A stretch of DNA of 64,000 bases from an uncultured Gammaproteobacteria bacterium (GTDB taxonomy: Bacteria > Patescibacteriota > Patescibacteriia > CAYZDG01): NCBI GenBank assembly GCA_964536515.1, contig CAZHXI010000004.1:5038-69037 (forward strand). Reading direction: 5' to 3'. Each line of letters opens with the position of its first letter. Within the stretch, counting starts at the first letter, position 1. Below, one piece after another: positions 10,613 through 19,291 of the stretch. The notes under the pieces are model-generated. The model searched no databases, had not been told where the DNA came from, and saw only the letters and a program-made list of their open reading frames with translations. The position numbers and the translations under genes are program-made.

Positions 10613-10996
10613 ATGACTATCAAAACTCTCCGCCGTCAGGCGATCGCCCTAGGCCTCAGCCTAGCGGCACTCGTGCCGTCGGTAGTCCTGGCGCAGGGTG
10701 ACGAGAACTTTGGTCTGAACCAAATCAGCACCAACCTCGGCACCAACTCGCTCCAGACGACCATTGGTATCTTCATCAACGTCGTCCTCGGCTTCCTCGG
10801 CATCGTAGCTTTCATCATTATCCTCCTCGGAGGCTTCAAGTGGATGACCTCGGGTGGCGATGAGGACAAGATCGGCGAGGCCAAGAAGCTGATGGGCGCC
10901 GGCGTCGTCGGTATGGCCATCGTGCTCGCCTCGTGGGCAATTGCCAGCTTCGTTATCACCCAGCTGTCTCTCGGCACTGGCGTTAACCAGGGCTAG
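10613..10996 (+). CDS. TrbC/VirB2-like pilin family protein (paralog 3)
   Basis: Signal peptide, LAQGDENF, two TM helices separated by a SGGDEDK loop, SD AAGGGGGTGA. Confidence 0.55.
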   Translation: MTIKTLRRQAIALGLSLAALVPSVVLAQGDENFGLNQISTNLGTNSLQTTIGIFINVVLGFLGIVAFIIILLGGFKWMTSGGDEDKIGEAKKLMGAGVVGMAIVLASWAIASFVITQLSLGTGVNQG

Positions 10997-11014
10997 TTTT
11001 TCCTGTTTACACCT

Positions 11015-11040
11015 CAGCGGGGGCCGACCGGCCCCCGCTG
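11015..11040. other. Perfect 11-bp-stem hairpin between convergent genes (CAGCGGGGGCC-GACC-GGCCCCCGCTG)
   Basis: Inverted repeat read directly from the sequence. There is no U-tract on either strand. Confidence 0.55.
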
Positions 11041-11059
11041 TGCTGCTCCCGGGCGGCAG

Positions 11060-12643
11060 CTACGGCCCCACCTCGAACACGCGCACCGAGCCGAAGGATG
11101 CTGCCTGCGCCATGAAGGGCGGGGCGATCCACGTCGGGTCTGTAGAAATTACATACCTCACGCGTGCCCCAAAGCTCTCTAGCCAGGCACCCCGAGACCC
11201 GTCGGGTAGCAGCGAACCTCCGAACAGCTTGGCCACGGCCACCGACCTCTCGTAAAAATTTCGAGAGAGGTGGGGGTGAGCAGCGTCGGTGCTACACTGC
11301 GGCGTTAGGTAGGGCACCCAGAGCCGCAGGAAAACCCTGTCGGCTAGCGCCGCCTCTCCCGCGGCGCAGCGGCCACCGACCCACCCGACGGCGGCTGCCT
11401 CGTCCAGCGTTACCGTGGTCGCCTGCGTCCGCCAGTTAGCCAGCCTGTCTACCTGCGCCGCAGACCTGAGCAGGGGGGTAAGCGACAGCGACGCAGCCAG
11501 TGCCGCAGCTACGGTATATCGGAGCGCGCGCCACCCCGTCGCCCAGCTAGCCCACCCCACGGCTGCAGCTAGCCCCACGGGAACGTAGTAGCCGTCTAGG
11601 AACCGGCGCTGGAACGGCACCGGTAGGTACGCCATTGCCACCGGCAGCGCCAGCCACACCAGCAGCAGCCGCGAAGCTGCATCCACCCTCCAGCGTCGCC
11701 ACAGGGTACGCACGCCCAGGGTGGCCAGCGGCACGAGCGGCAGGTACCCGAGCAGGAGACCGAGCAAATTAGGCGAGGGTATTACGTTCTGGCTATACCA
11801 GCTGGAGAGCCCCGAATCACGGCCCATGCTCCACCAGTAGTAAGCGGCGGCAAGAGCCTCACCCGCTACGGCAGCTGCGGGCATTACCCACGTCGAGAGC
11901 TTAGGCGACCCGGTAGCTGCCCAGCTGGCGAGCGGTAGGGCGACGGCGGCAGCTACCACCAGGGCGATGCCGTACGGGTGAAGAATGCCCAGGGTCAGCG
12001 CGAGCGCGAACGCGAGCGTGGCGGCAACCGGCCCGGGCCGCCTGAGCATCAACGAGAGCAGGCCGAGCAGCATCAGCGTGGCGGCGAAGGGGTGCGAAGA
12101 CGAGGCGAGTACGCCGCTCCACGTCGGGCCGGCGTAGAACCAGTCTGGAAAGAAGCCCCTGAGCGCAGGCTCGAGCTCAGGCTTCGACATCCAGGCGAGC
12201 CCGCCCACCCAGCCGACGCCGCCGGCAGCCGCAACGAAGGTGGCAGCTGCGATTTTACCCCGTGGGCCGACTACGACCGCGGCGAAGGCGTAGGCTCCGA
12301 AGAGCAGCGCGGAGCCCAGCAGCAACGTGGCCGCCAGGTACACGGCTACGGTCGAGGCGTTGAGCAGGCGGCCGATGGTCCCCAGCGCAGCCCAGTAGGG
12401 CATCAGCAGCGGCGCGGACGGCTCTGGGCTGAACCTGTTATCCAAAAGCAGCGAAGGGTTCCGCCTAGCCTGCTCCATGAGCGACATGTAGAACGGCGTA
12501 TCCTGGACATTGTAGTAGCCGACCGTCGGCGGCGGCGCGCCACGATCCCATGCCAGCAGCGCCGCCACGGTCGGCCCCTGGGTAACGGCGAAGCCGGCAA
12601 CGGCAATTGCCCCTACGGCTAGCCACCCACCCAGCCTGGTCAT
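11060..12643 (-). CDS. Large polytopic membrane protein, probable GT-C-fold glycosyltransferase or glycan polymerase (uncharacterised)
   Basis: A 527-aa protein with more than 12 TM helices, located in an envelope-glycan gene cluster. I see no confident family motif. Confidence 0.4.
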   Translation of the reverse strand: MTRLGGWLAVGAIAVAGFAVTQGPTVAALLAWDRGAPPPTVGYYNVQDTPFYMSLMEQARRNPSLLLDNRFSPEPSAPLLMPYWAALGTIGRLLNASTVAVYLAATLLLGSALLFGAYAFAAVVVGPRGKIAAATFVAAAGGVGWVGGLAWMSKPELEPALRGFFPDWFYAGPTWSGVLASSSHPFAATLMLLGLLSLMLRRPGPVAATLAFALALTLGILHPYGIALVVAAAVALPLASWAATGSPKLSTWVMPAAAVAGEALAAAYYWWSMGRDSGLSSWYSQNVIPSPNLLGLLLGYLPLVPLATLGVRTLWRRWRVDAASRLLLVWLALPVAMAYLPVPFQRRFLDGYYVPVGLAAAVGWASWATGWRALRYTVAAALAASLSLTPLLRSAAQVDRLANWRTQATTVTLDEAAAVGWVGGRCAAGEAALADRVFLRLWVPYLTPQCSTDAAHPHLSRNFYERSVAVAKLFGGSLLPDGSRGAWLESFGARVRYVISTDPTWIAPPFMAQAASFGSVRVFEVGP

Positions 12644-12663
12644 GGGCCTCGTGCCTCAGCCTG

Positions 12664-13608
12664 TTAGCGCTGGCCGGTCTTACCCCGGTCAGGCACGAAC
12701 CGCTCCGCTACCCAGTAGGCAGCTGCGGCTACGGCGGCGCCACCGACGATATCGATTAGGTAGTGCCACCCCAGGTAGACGCTGTCTACCAGGAACCAGG
12801 CAATGGTTGCCCAGTACCACCACACCAGCCACGACCTGGTTCGGTACGCGAATACCAGGAAGAGTATGGCGAACCCGAAGTGCATGCTCGGCATAGCGCC
12901 GAGAGAGGCAGCGAAGTACCCGGGGGGTAGGGAGCCCGAAGCCCGCACGGAACGGTACATTTCCAGCATCGTCTGCTGCACGTGAACCAGCCCCTCCCCG
13001 GCGAAGCTGCGGTACACGAACGGCCCCACGGCGGGGGCGACCCAGTAGCTTACACCCCCAATGAGCAGGGCTGCGCAAATGCAAACCAGCAGCCGCTGCT
13101 GCTGCGCTGCGGTACCGGCGGCGCCGTACACGATTAGGGCAGCCAGGAACATTAGGGCGAACGCTACGTAGTAGACCGGGTCTAGGTTCACCGAGGTGTG
13201 GGCGTCTAGCCAGCTCCGCGCCGCAATGATGCCATCCCGCAGCGGCCACAGCCAGTCGTCTATGCGCTGGTATACCGAGTCGTACTCGCGGGGGTTAACC
13301 AGGGGGCTCCACGATTTGAACTGGTAGTACAGGTAGACCGCAACGGCAATCGTCGGCAGCGCCCAAATCATTAGGTAGACCGGCGCTCCCCTGCGGTAGT
13401 ACCGAATTAGCCCCAGCAGCACCAGCTGGGCGAGAGCGACCGCGAAGAAGGGCAAGATGTAGGCAGAGAACACGACCTGCCCTGCCACGGGCTGAATAGC
13501 CGGCAGTCCCGCGGCAATACCCGCACCCCAAACGGCGGCACCAACGCTGAGCACCCGCACCTCAACGGGTACCCGGCGGCAGAGCCTAAGGACGTCAGCG
13601 AACCTCAT
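12664..13608 (-). CDS. PAP2-superfamily membrane protein (Aur1/PAP2_3-like lipid phosphatase or phosphotransferase)
   Basis: A C-terminal PSMHFGF motif and GWHYLIDIVGG resemble the PAP2 PSGH and H..D motifs. The protein is polytopic. Confidence 0.45.
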   Translation of the reverse strand: MRFADVLRLCRRVPVEVRVLSVGAAVWGAGIAAGLPAIQPVAGQVVFSAYILPFFAVALAQLVLLGLIRYYRRGAPVYLMIWALPTIAVAVYLYYQFKSWSPLVNPREYDSVYQRIDDWLWPLRDGIIAARSWLDAHTSVNLDPVYYVAFALMFLAALIVYGAAGTAAQQQRLLVCICAALLIGGVSYWVAPAVGPFVYRSFAGEGLVHVQQTMLEMYRSVRASGSLPPGYFAASLGAMPSMHFGFAILFLVFAYRTRSWLVWWYWATIAWFLVDSVYLGWHYLIDIVGGAAVAAAAYWVAERFVPDRGKTGQR

Positions 13609-15118
13609 ACACCTGTACCCTGGGGTCGCGGTAGACGTTGACGGCCCTCGGCTCAGCCGCCAGGGCAGGTGCCGTGCTCGTATTGTTCTCGGTCACCACC
13701 ACGTAACGGGCGCCAAAGTCGGCTGCAATAGTCTGCACCAACTCTGGCCCGCTCAGCTCACCGAGGGCAATACGCTGGTAGCGTTCGGCGAGCATTGGGT
13801 ACGGCCGGTACATGAACCGCATATCTAAACCTGCGGTGTAGCGTAGGTCGCTGCGGCAGCTGTACAGCAGGGGCCACTCGCCCCAGTTCACGTTGAAAAC
13901 CATTGTGCCCGGATCAACGTTCTGACGCAGCCAGGCGCACGCTCCGCCCAGCCCGGATGCCGGGAAGAGCCTATTCAGCTCGTGCCGGGTGAACAGCGCC
14001 CCCGGCAGCAGGCCTACCGCCACCGCTGCCGCCGCCAGAGAGACCAGCACCCTGCCCCACCGCTCGCCCCACCAGGTCCGCACTGCGTTGGCCGCACGCT
14101 CCAGCGGCACCGCGGCAACGAAGGCGAGGGCGATGAGCGGAGTGGCGTACTCAACGTACCGCCGCGTCTTCACCGTGGCAGCTAGGGCGCACAGGGCAAC
14201 GGCTGTCAGCCCTACCGAATACCGGCGACGCGGCGAAAGGATCGCGCCCGCGATCGCCGCCGCCATGAGGACGAACGGTACCGCGGCGTGCCTCAGCAGC
14301 CAGGTAGCGCTCGCCGGTAGCCACTCCGATGCCACGCCGATGCCGCCCTGGTTGGCAACGCCAATGGCGATGAACTGGGTTACGAACTGGGCAACGTTCT
14401 CGGGAAAGCTTGGGTTCACCACGAAGCCGATAGCCGCCCCAGCCCAGGCTGCCGCCGCGGCTACCGCTCTGCGTCGCTCCCCCGCGCCGCGCGTCGCTAC
14501 CCAGTCAGCCGCCAGCATAGCCGTTACGATGAGCGGCAGCATGGCGAAACCAATGTAGGCGTAGGTGAAGGCGAGGGAGAGCATGGCGAGCGCCAGCGGC
14601 CTCCGACGCACGGCCAGAACAACGCCCCAGAGGATTACGGCGATCGCGAGCGGGGTTACCTTTACCAGGCCGAGCCTGTACAGCCACGCCGGCGTGGCCA
14701 GGGCTGCCGCAACGGCTACCCAGGCATAACGCACACCCAGCGAACGGGCGGCGGCGTACAGCGCGCCCACGGCCACGCCGCCGAGCAGCGCGCTCGCCAG
14801 CTTCAAGCCGAGGGGTACACCCAGCAATGCCACGAAGGGCGCCAGCACGTAGTGGTACAGCAGGTGCTGGTCGAAGAACTGCGTACGCAGCTCGGTGAAC
14901 CACGCCTGCGGCAGCGCCGTGGGAATCTCACCACGCCAGGCAGCCTGCGCCATGGCGCCGTGGTAGTACGCGTCGGGATCGGGGAACGTCGTAACGCTAT
15001 GCAGCCAACCGAACACGGCGAAGCCAACCAGGCCAGCCGCCAGCCAGCCCCTACGGGACGCCCACGTCAGCGCCGTCGCCCCTACCCGCGCTGCTGCTCC
15101 TTCAGCCATTTTACCCAC
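13595..15118 (-). CDS. GT-C family glycosyltransferase (ArnT/PMT_2-like), polytopic membrane protein
   Basis: An N-terminal periplasmic-loop motif FPDPDAYYH (Asp-rich plus Tyr) as in ArnT/PMT-type GT-C enzymes; about 13 TM helices. Confidence 0.45.
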   Translation of the reverse strand: MGKMAEGAAARVGATALTWASRRGWLAAGLVGFAVFGWLHSVTTFPDPDAYYHGAMAQAAWRGEIPTALPQAWFTELRTQFFDQHLLYHYVLAPFVALLGVPLGLKLASALLGGVAVGALYAAARSLGVRYAWVAVAAALATPAWLYRLGLVKVTPLAIAVILWGVVLAVRRRPLALAMLSLAFTYAYIGFAMLPLIVTAMLAADWVATRGAGERRRAVAAAAAWAGAAIGFVVNPSFPENVAQFVTQFIAIGVANQGGIGVASEWLPASATWLLRHAAVPFVLMAAAIAGAILSPRRRYSVGLTAVALCALAATVKTRRYVEYATPLIALAFVAAVPLERAANAVRTWWGERWGRVLVSLAAAAVAVGLLPGALFTRHELNRLFPASGLGGACAWLRQNVDPGTMVFNVNWGEWPLLYSCRSDLRYTAGLDMRFMYRPYPMLAERYQRIALGELSGPELVQTIAADFGARYVVVTENNTSTAPALAAEPRAVNVYRDPRVQVYEVR

Positions 15119-16110
15119 GGCACCGCCAGTGGCTCGGTGCCCGTGCTAGCTGCCAGCTGGATGCTTAGCTGCGTTCCCCAGCTCACCGCCGATAGCGCGG
15201 CGGCCAGTGGCTCACCGGGGCAAACCCGCTCCACCACCGTGAACTTCCTACGCTTCAGAATTTGCAGCGTCGCCCGGTACTGGTTAGCCAATGGACGCGC
15301 CATCTTCTCGGGTGAGAATACGAGGAAGGCGAGGCTCCGGCGTAGGTCCTTCGGCTGGGCGAGGCCCTCCAGCAGGTGGTGGTCTAGCTCGGGGAGGCTG
15401 AACGGCGCCGCGAACGCCTTGGCGTTCTCGTTGATGCAGTTCGCCACGGCGTGCGCGGCGCCGGCGAGACCCTGCGCCCCGACTACCGCAATCGCCTTCC
15501 CCACGAGGGCACGCACCGGTGGCTTAGCTACAGCCGCAGCTCGCTGCTTCGCCGCGGCCGCTACCGTGGGCTCCACTCCGGCGATTGCTCCCGCCTCCTG
15601 CAGTATTCGCAGCAGAGATCCGATGCTGAAGCCCAAGCCGAGGCGTGGCTGCCGTGATGGGTTTAGCTCTGAATCGCTGATCGCAACGAAGGGCGCCTTC
15701 GCAGACCGCGCCGCGGCAATGAGCTTACCTCCCGTGGCAATGGCGACGACCCTCGCTCCACGCTCACGCGCTGCGCGGAAACAGGCCAGCGTCTCCTGTG
15801 TGTTGCCCGAGTAGCTGACGCATACCACGGCCGTCTGCCTGCCGACCCAGCCCGGAACAGCGTACCCGCGTTCGATTGCCACCGGTTTCCGCAGCCTCGC
15901 CGACAGCGCGGCTACCACAATGTCTGCCCCGAGCGCAGAGCCGCCCATGCCGCAGACCAGAACGCTCTTCGCCGCGACGAGGCTTGCGCCGCTGCCGGCA
16001 GCTAGCTGCCAGCCATTCGCTACCTGGCGCCCCAGGTTGAGCGCGGAGATCCGCGCCAGTGCAACGCCGTCGGTCTTAGCCATAACCCCCAGGATACCAC
16101 CGGATAGCAC
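15082..16110 (-). CDS. Bifunctional phosphoglucose/phosphomannose isomerase (SIS domains, archaeal-type PGI/PMI)
   Basis: Two SIS-like halves with VLVCGMGGSALGADIV and VSYSGNTQET motifs, about 340 aa as expected for the family. Confidence 0.75.
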   Translation of the reverse strand: MLSGGILGVMAKTDGVALARISALNLGRQVANGWQLAAGSGASLVAAKSVLVCGMGGSALGADIVVAALSARLRKPVAIERGYAVPGWVGRQTAVVCVSYSGNTQETLACFRAARERGARVVAIATGGKLIAAARSAKAPFVAISDSELNPSRQPRLGLGFSIGSLLRILQEAGAIAGVEPTVAAAAKQRAAAVAKPPVRALVGKAIAVVGAQGLAGAAHAVANCINENAKAFAAPFSLPELDHHLLEGLAQPKDLRRSLAFLVFSPEKMARPLANQYRATLQILKRRKFTVVERVCPGEPLAAALSAVSWGTQLSIQLAASTGTEPLAVPWVKWLKEQQRG

Positions 16111-16182
16111 GGGCAGCCACAGCTTGCCTGGGTCGCCCCCGCTGGGTAGGATGGTGGCCTAGGAATCTGTGACGAGACCCAT

Positions 16183-16908
16183 ATGTCAGGACACTCGAAG
16201 TGGGCTACCACGAAACGCCAGAAGGAGGTCGCAGACGGCCGCCGGGCAAAGGTCTTCACCAAGATCAGCAACGCCATTTCGGTGGCTGCGCGCGGCGGGG
16301 CTGACCCCGCCATGAACGCCAAGCTGCGCATGGCGATCGACCAGGCCAAAGCGGTCCGCATGCCCAAGGAGAACATCGAGCGCGCCGTTGCCCGAGGAGC
16401 TGGGGGCGTCGGCGGCGCCCAGCTAGAGTCGATAACCTACGAGGGCTTCGCCCCCGGAGGGGTCGGCATCATCGCCGAGGCGGTAACCGATAACCGCAAC
16501 CGGACGGCGGCGGCGGTCAAGCACGTCTTCACCAAGTTCGGCGGCAACCTGGGCGCCGCGGGCAGCGTAACGTGGCAGTTCGACTACCGCGGCGCTACCT
16601 ACTGGCCAGCCTCACCGGAGGATGGCGCCCCCGCGCCGACGCTAACCGAGAGCCAGGAAATGGCGCTAATTTCGGCGGGAGCCTCCGATATTCAAACCGG
16701 CGCCGGGCAGGTCGTAATCTACAGCGAGGTTGCCGATACCGACGCCGTCCGTAGCGCCGCAGCGGCCCTGGGAGAGACCAGGACGGGGCTGGAGTGGGTG
16801 CCGCGGGAGCTGGTAACCCCCGAGAACCCAGAGGCCGTTACGCAGCTACTGGAAGCCCTAGACGACGAGGACGACATCGGCGCCGTCTACACCAATGCCA
16901 GCGTCTAG
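16183..16908 (+). CDS. yebC: YebC/PmpR family DNA-binding transcriptional regulator
   Basis: N-terminal MSGHSKWATTKRQK and the rest match the YebC family. Confidence 0.9.
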   Translation: MSGHSKWATTKRQKEVADGRRAKVFTKISNAISVAARGGADPAMNAKLRMAIDQAKAVRMPKENIERAVARGAGGVGGAQLESITYEGFAPGGVGIIAEAVTDNRNRTAAAVKHVFTKFGGNLGAAGSVTWQFDYRGATYWPASPEDGAPAPTLTESQEMALISAGASDIQTGAGQVVIYSEVADTDAVRSAAAALGETRTGLEWVPRELVTPENPEAVTQLLEALDDEDDIGAVYTNASV

Positions 16909-17383
16909 TGCGGTGCGGGTTCTGGGGCTCGATCCCGGCTTGGGAACCACCGGCTACGGCGTAATCGAGGCCAGCGGCAGCAAGCTGAGCTGCCTTACGT
17001 TCGGAGCAATTCGCACCCAGCCGGGCGACCCGGTGCCTCACCGGCTCGCGACCATTGCCGCGGAGATTGAATCCCTGCTTGCGGCATGGAAGCCAGACAT
17101 TGTCGGCATCGAACGCCTCGCCGTCGGCAGGAACCTGCCCACGGTCCTGGACGTTGCCCAGGCACGGGGCGTGCTGCTCGCCGCCTGCGCCGCCGCCGGG
17201 AGGATTCCCATTGAGGTAACGGCGAGCCAGGTTAAAGCCGGGGTCACCGGCTTCGGCGGAGCCGACAAGGGGCAGGTGTCCCGCCTCGTGAAAGCCCAGC
17301 TCGGAATCGTCGGCTCGGTTACGCCCGACGACGCCGCCGACGCCCTAGCCGTGGCGCTCGCCTGCTCCAGCCGTCGCCCCTAG
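16895..17383 (+). CDS. ruvC: Crossover junction endodeoxyribonuclease RuvC
   Basis: VLGLDPGLGTTGYGVIE with catalytic Asp residues, and the C-terminal DAADALAVALAC motif. The precise start is uncertain (overlaps yebC by 14 nt). Confidence 0.85.
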   Translation: MPASSAVRVLGLDPGLGTTGYGVIEASGSKLSCLTFGAIRTQPGDPVPHRLATIAAEIESLLAAWKPDIVGIERLAVGRNLPTVLDVAQARGVLLAACAAAGRIPIEVTASQVKAGVTGFGGADKGQVSRLVKAQLGIVGSVTPDDAADALAVALACSSRRP

Positions 17384-17997
17384 GCTCGGCGGAGGAGCTT
17401 CGGCTTCACCTCGATCGCCGCTATCGTCTTGTTGAAGTCACGGCGTAGCTCCTCCAGCAGGGGGCAGTGCGGCCAAGCCAACGCGATGCGGTGGTACACG
17501 CGACGGTAGAACTCCAGCCGCTGCTCGCGGGTACTCTGGGGCGCGAACCCCTTCCACAGCTGCTCGCCGTCTACCAGGTATGCGCTCCGCATTGCCCGAA
17601 GGTTCGCGATCTTGTCCGCAGCTGCAATCAGCAGCGCGGGGTGGCTAACCTGCGCCAGGCTATCCAGGTAAGCCTCCTTGCGCATCGCCCAGCTCATCTC
17701 GCCGCGCGGCTCGCTCACCTCTCTGACGAGCCTTAGGACAGCTGCTCCGAACTCTCGGCGCAGCTGCTCGTAGCCGTAGCTGGTGTCCTCTAGGATATCG
17801 TGGAGCAGCGCGGCGGCCAGCACGTCGCTGCTGTCGGTGTACCGAGACACGATGAGCGCCACCGAGACGGGGTGCACGATGTAGGGCGTCTTGGCGCTAT
17901 CCTTGCGGGTCTGCCCCTCGTGGGCCTTCAGGGCCACGTACAGGGCGTACTCGACCACCGGAATGGGCTGCTTCGGTTTCTTCTTGGTCTCGCTCAT
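17380..17997 (-). CDS. HD-domain phosphohydrolase
   Basis: His...HD...D motif: HPVSVALIV...LLHDILEDT. Confidence 0.7.
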   Translation of the reverse strand: MSETKKKPKQPIPVVEYALYVALKAHEGQTRKDSAKTPYIVHPVSVALIVSRYTDSSDVLAAALLHDILEDTSYGYEQLRREFGAAVLRLVREVSEPRGEMSWAMRKEAYLDSLAQVSHPALLIAAADKIANLRAMRSAYLVDGEQLWKGFAPQSTREQRLEFYRRVYHRIALAWPHCPLLEELRRDFNKTIAAIEVKPKLLRRA

Positions 17998-18006
17998 AGG
18001 CGTTAC

Positions 18007-18030
18007 AAAATCCCCGGCTCCGGGGATTTC
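18007..18030 (-). terminator. Intrinsic terminator downstream of tyrS (minus strand)
   Basis: AAATCCCCGG-CTC-CGGGGATTT hairpin, followed on the minus strand by TTTTGT. Confidence 0.55.
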
Positions 18031-18061
18031 CTATACTACCACGTCTGCTCCTCCCCGTCCG

Positions 18062-19258
18062 CTACACCAGCCTGCAGAACTTCCTGGGTCCAACCTTGAG
18101 CACCGCGCCACCGGCGGCCACCTCGTGCTTCACGTCGGCGACCAGGTCTCCGTTGAGCTTAACGCCGCCCTGCTCAATCAGCCGCCGCGCCTCGCTCTTG
18201 GAGGTCGCCAGCCCGGCGCCAACCATTACGTCCACGAGGGGGGCCGGGGTGGCAGCTAGCTTGAACTCGGGCATCTCCTCGGGGTTCTCGCCGCGGCTAT
18301 GGACGCCGTCGAACCGCTCCGCCGCAGACTTAGCCGCCGCCTCGCCGTGGATGGTCGCCGTCACAGCGGTGGCCATGGCCGCCTTGACTGCCTTCGGGTT
18401 GTCTCCGGCCTGGAGCCTCGCCGCGTACGCCCCAACCTCGTCCAGCGGCATGGGGGTCAGCAGCGTGAGGTACTTCACTATCAGCTCGTCGGGGACGCTC
18501 ATTAGCTTCCCGAACATCGAGGGCGCCGGCTCATTGATCGCGATGTAGTTGCCGTAGCTCTTGCCCATCTTGCGGACGCCGTCGGTTCCCTCCAGCAGCG
18601 GCGTAGCCATCACGTCCTGCACGCCGCCCCCCAGGCGCTTCTGCACCTTGCGTCCCATGAGCATATTGAAGAGCTGGTCGCTGCCGCCCATCTCTACGTC
18701 GGCGTGCAGCTCGTACGAGTCGTAGCCCTGCAGCATGGGGTAGGCTAGCTCGAGCATGCTGAGCTCTCCCCCGCCCGCCATGCGCTTGGCGAAGTCGTCC
18801 CGCTCCAGAACGCGCGACACGGTGAACTTTCCGTACAGCTCCAGCAGCTGCGCCAACGACCAGCGACTGTACCACTCGCCGTTGCGTCGAACCTCGACCT
18901 TCGACATGTCTACAATCGTCCCCGCCTGCTGCTGGTAGCTCTGCCAGTTCTCCTCTACCTGCTGCGGCGACAGCATGGGGCGGGCGTCGTTACGGCCCGA
19001 GGGGTCGCCGATGGTGGCGGTGAAGTCCCCAATCAGCAGAATTACCCTGTGGCCGAGCTGCTGCCACTGCGCCAGCTTGCGCAGCACCACGGCGTGCCCG
19101 AGGTGCAGGTCGGGGGCGGTCGGGTCTACCCCGAACTTGATGCGCAGCTGCTCGCCGCCCTCCAGGCGGCTACGGAGGTGGTCAGCCACCTCTACAGTTT
19201 CCACCCCACGGGTGAGGAGCTCGTCTATGGCAGCCCTGTTCGCTGCGGTGGTGGCCAT
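18062..19258 (-). CDS. tyrS: Tyrosine--tRNA ligase
   Basis: HIGH motif (HLGH), KMSKS variant (KMGKS), and a C-terminal S4 domain. Confidence 0.9.
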   Translation of the reverse strand: MATTAANRAAIDELLTRGVETVEVADHLRSRLEGGEQLRIKFGVDPTAPDLHLGHAVVLRKLAQWQQLGHRVILLIGDFTATIGDPSGRNDARPMLSPQQVEENWQSYQQQAGTIVDMSKVEVRRNGEWYSRWSLAQLLELYGKFTVSRVLERDDFAKRMAGGGELSMLELAYPMLQGYDSYELHADVEMGGSDQLFNMLMGRKVQKRLGGGVQDVMATPLLEGTDGVRKMGKSYGNYIAINEPAPSMFGKLMSVPDELIVKYLTLLTPMPLDEVGAYAARLQAGDNPKAVKAAMATAVTATIHGEAAAKSAAERFDGVHSRGENPEEMPEFKLAATPAPLVDVMVGAGLATSKSEARRLIEQGGVKLNGDLVADVKHEVAAGGAVLKVGPRKFCRLV

Positions 19259-19291
19259 ACGGTTTAACGTTTACACTGTACAGGCCAAACT

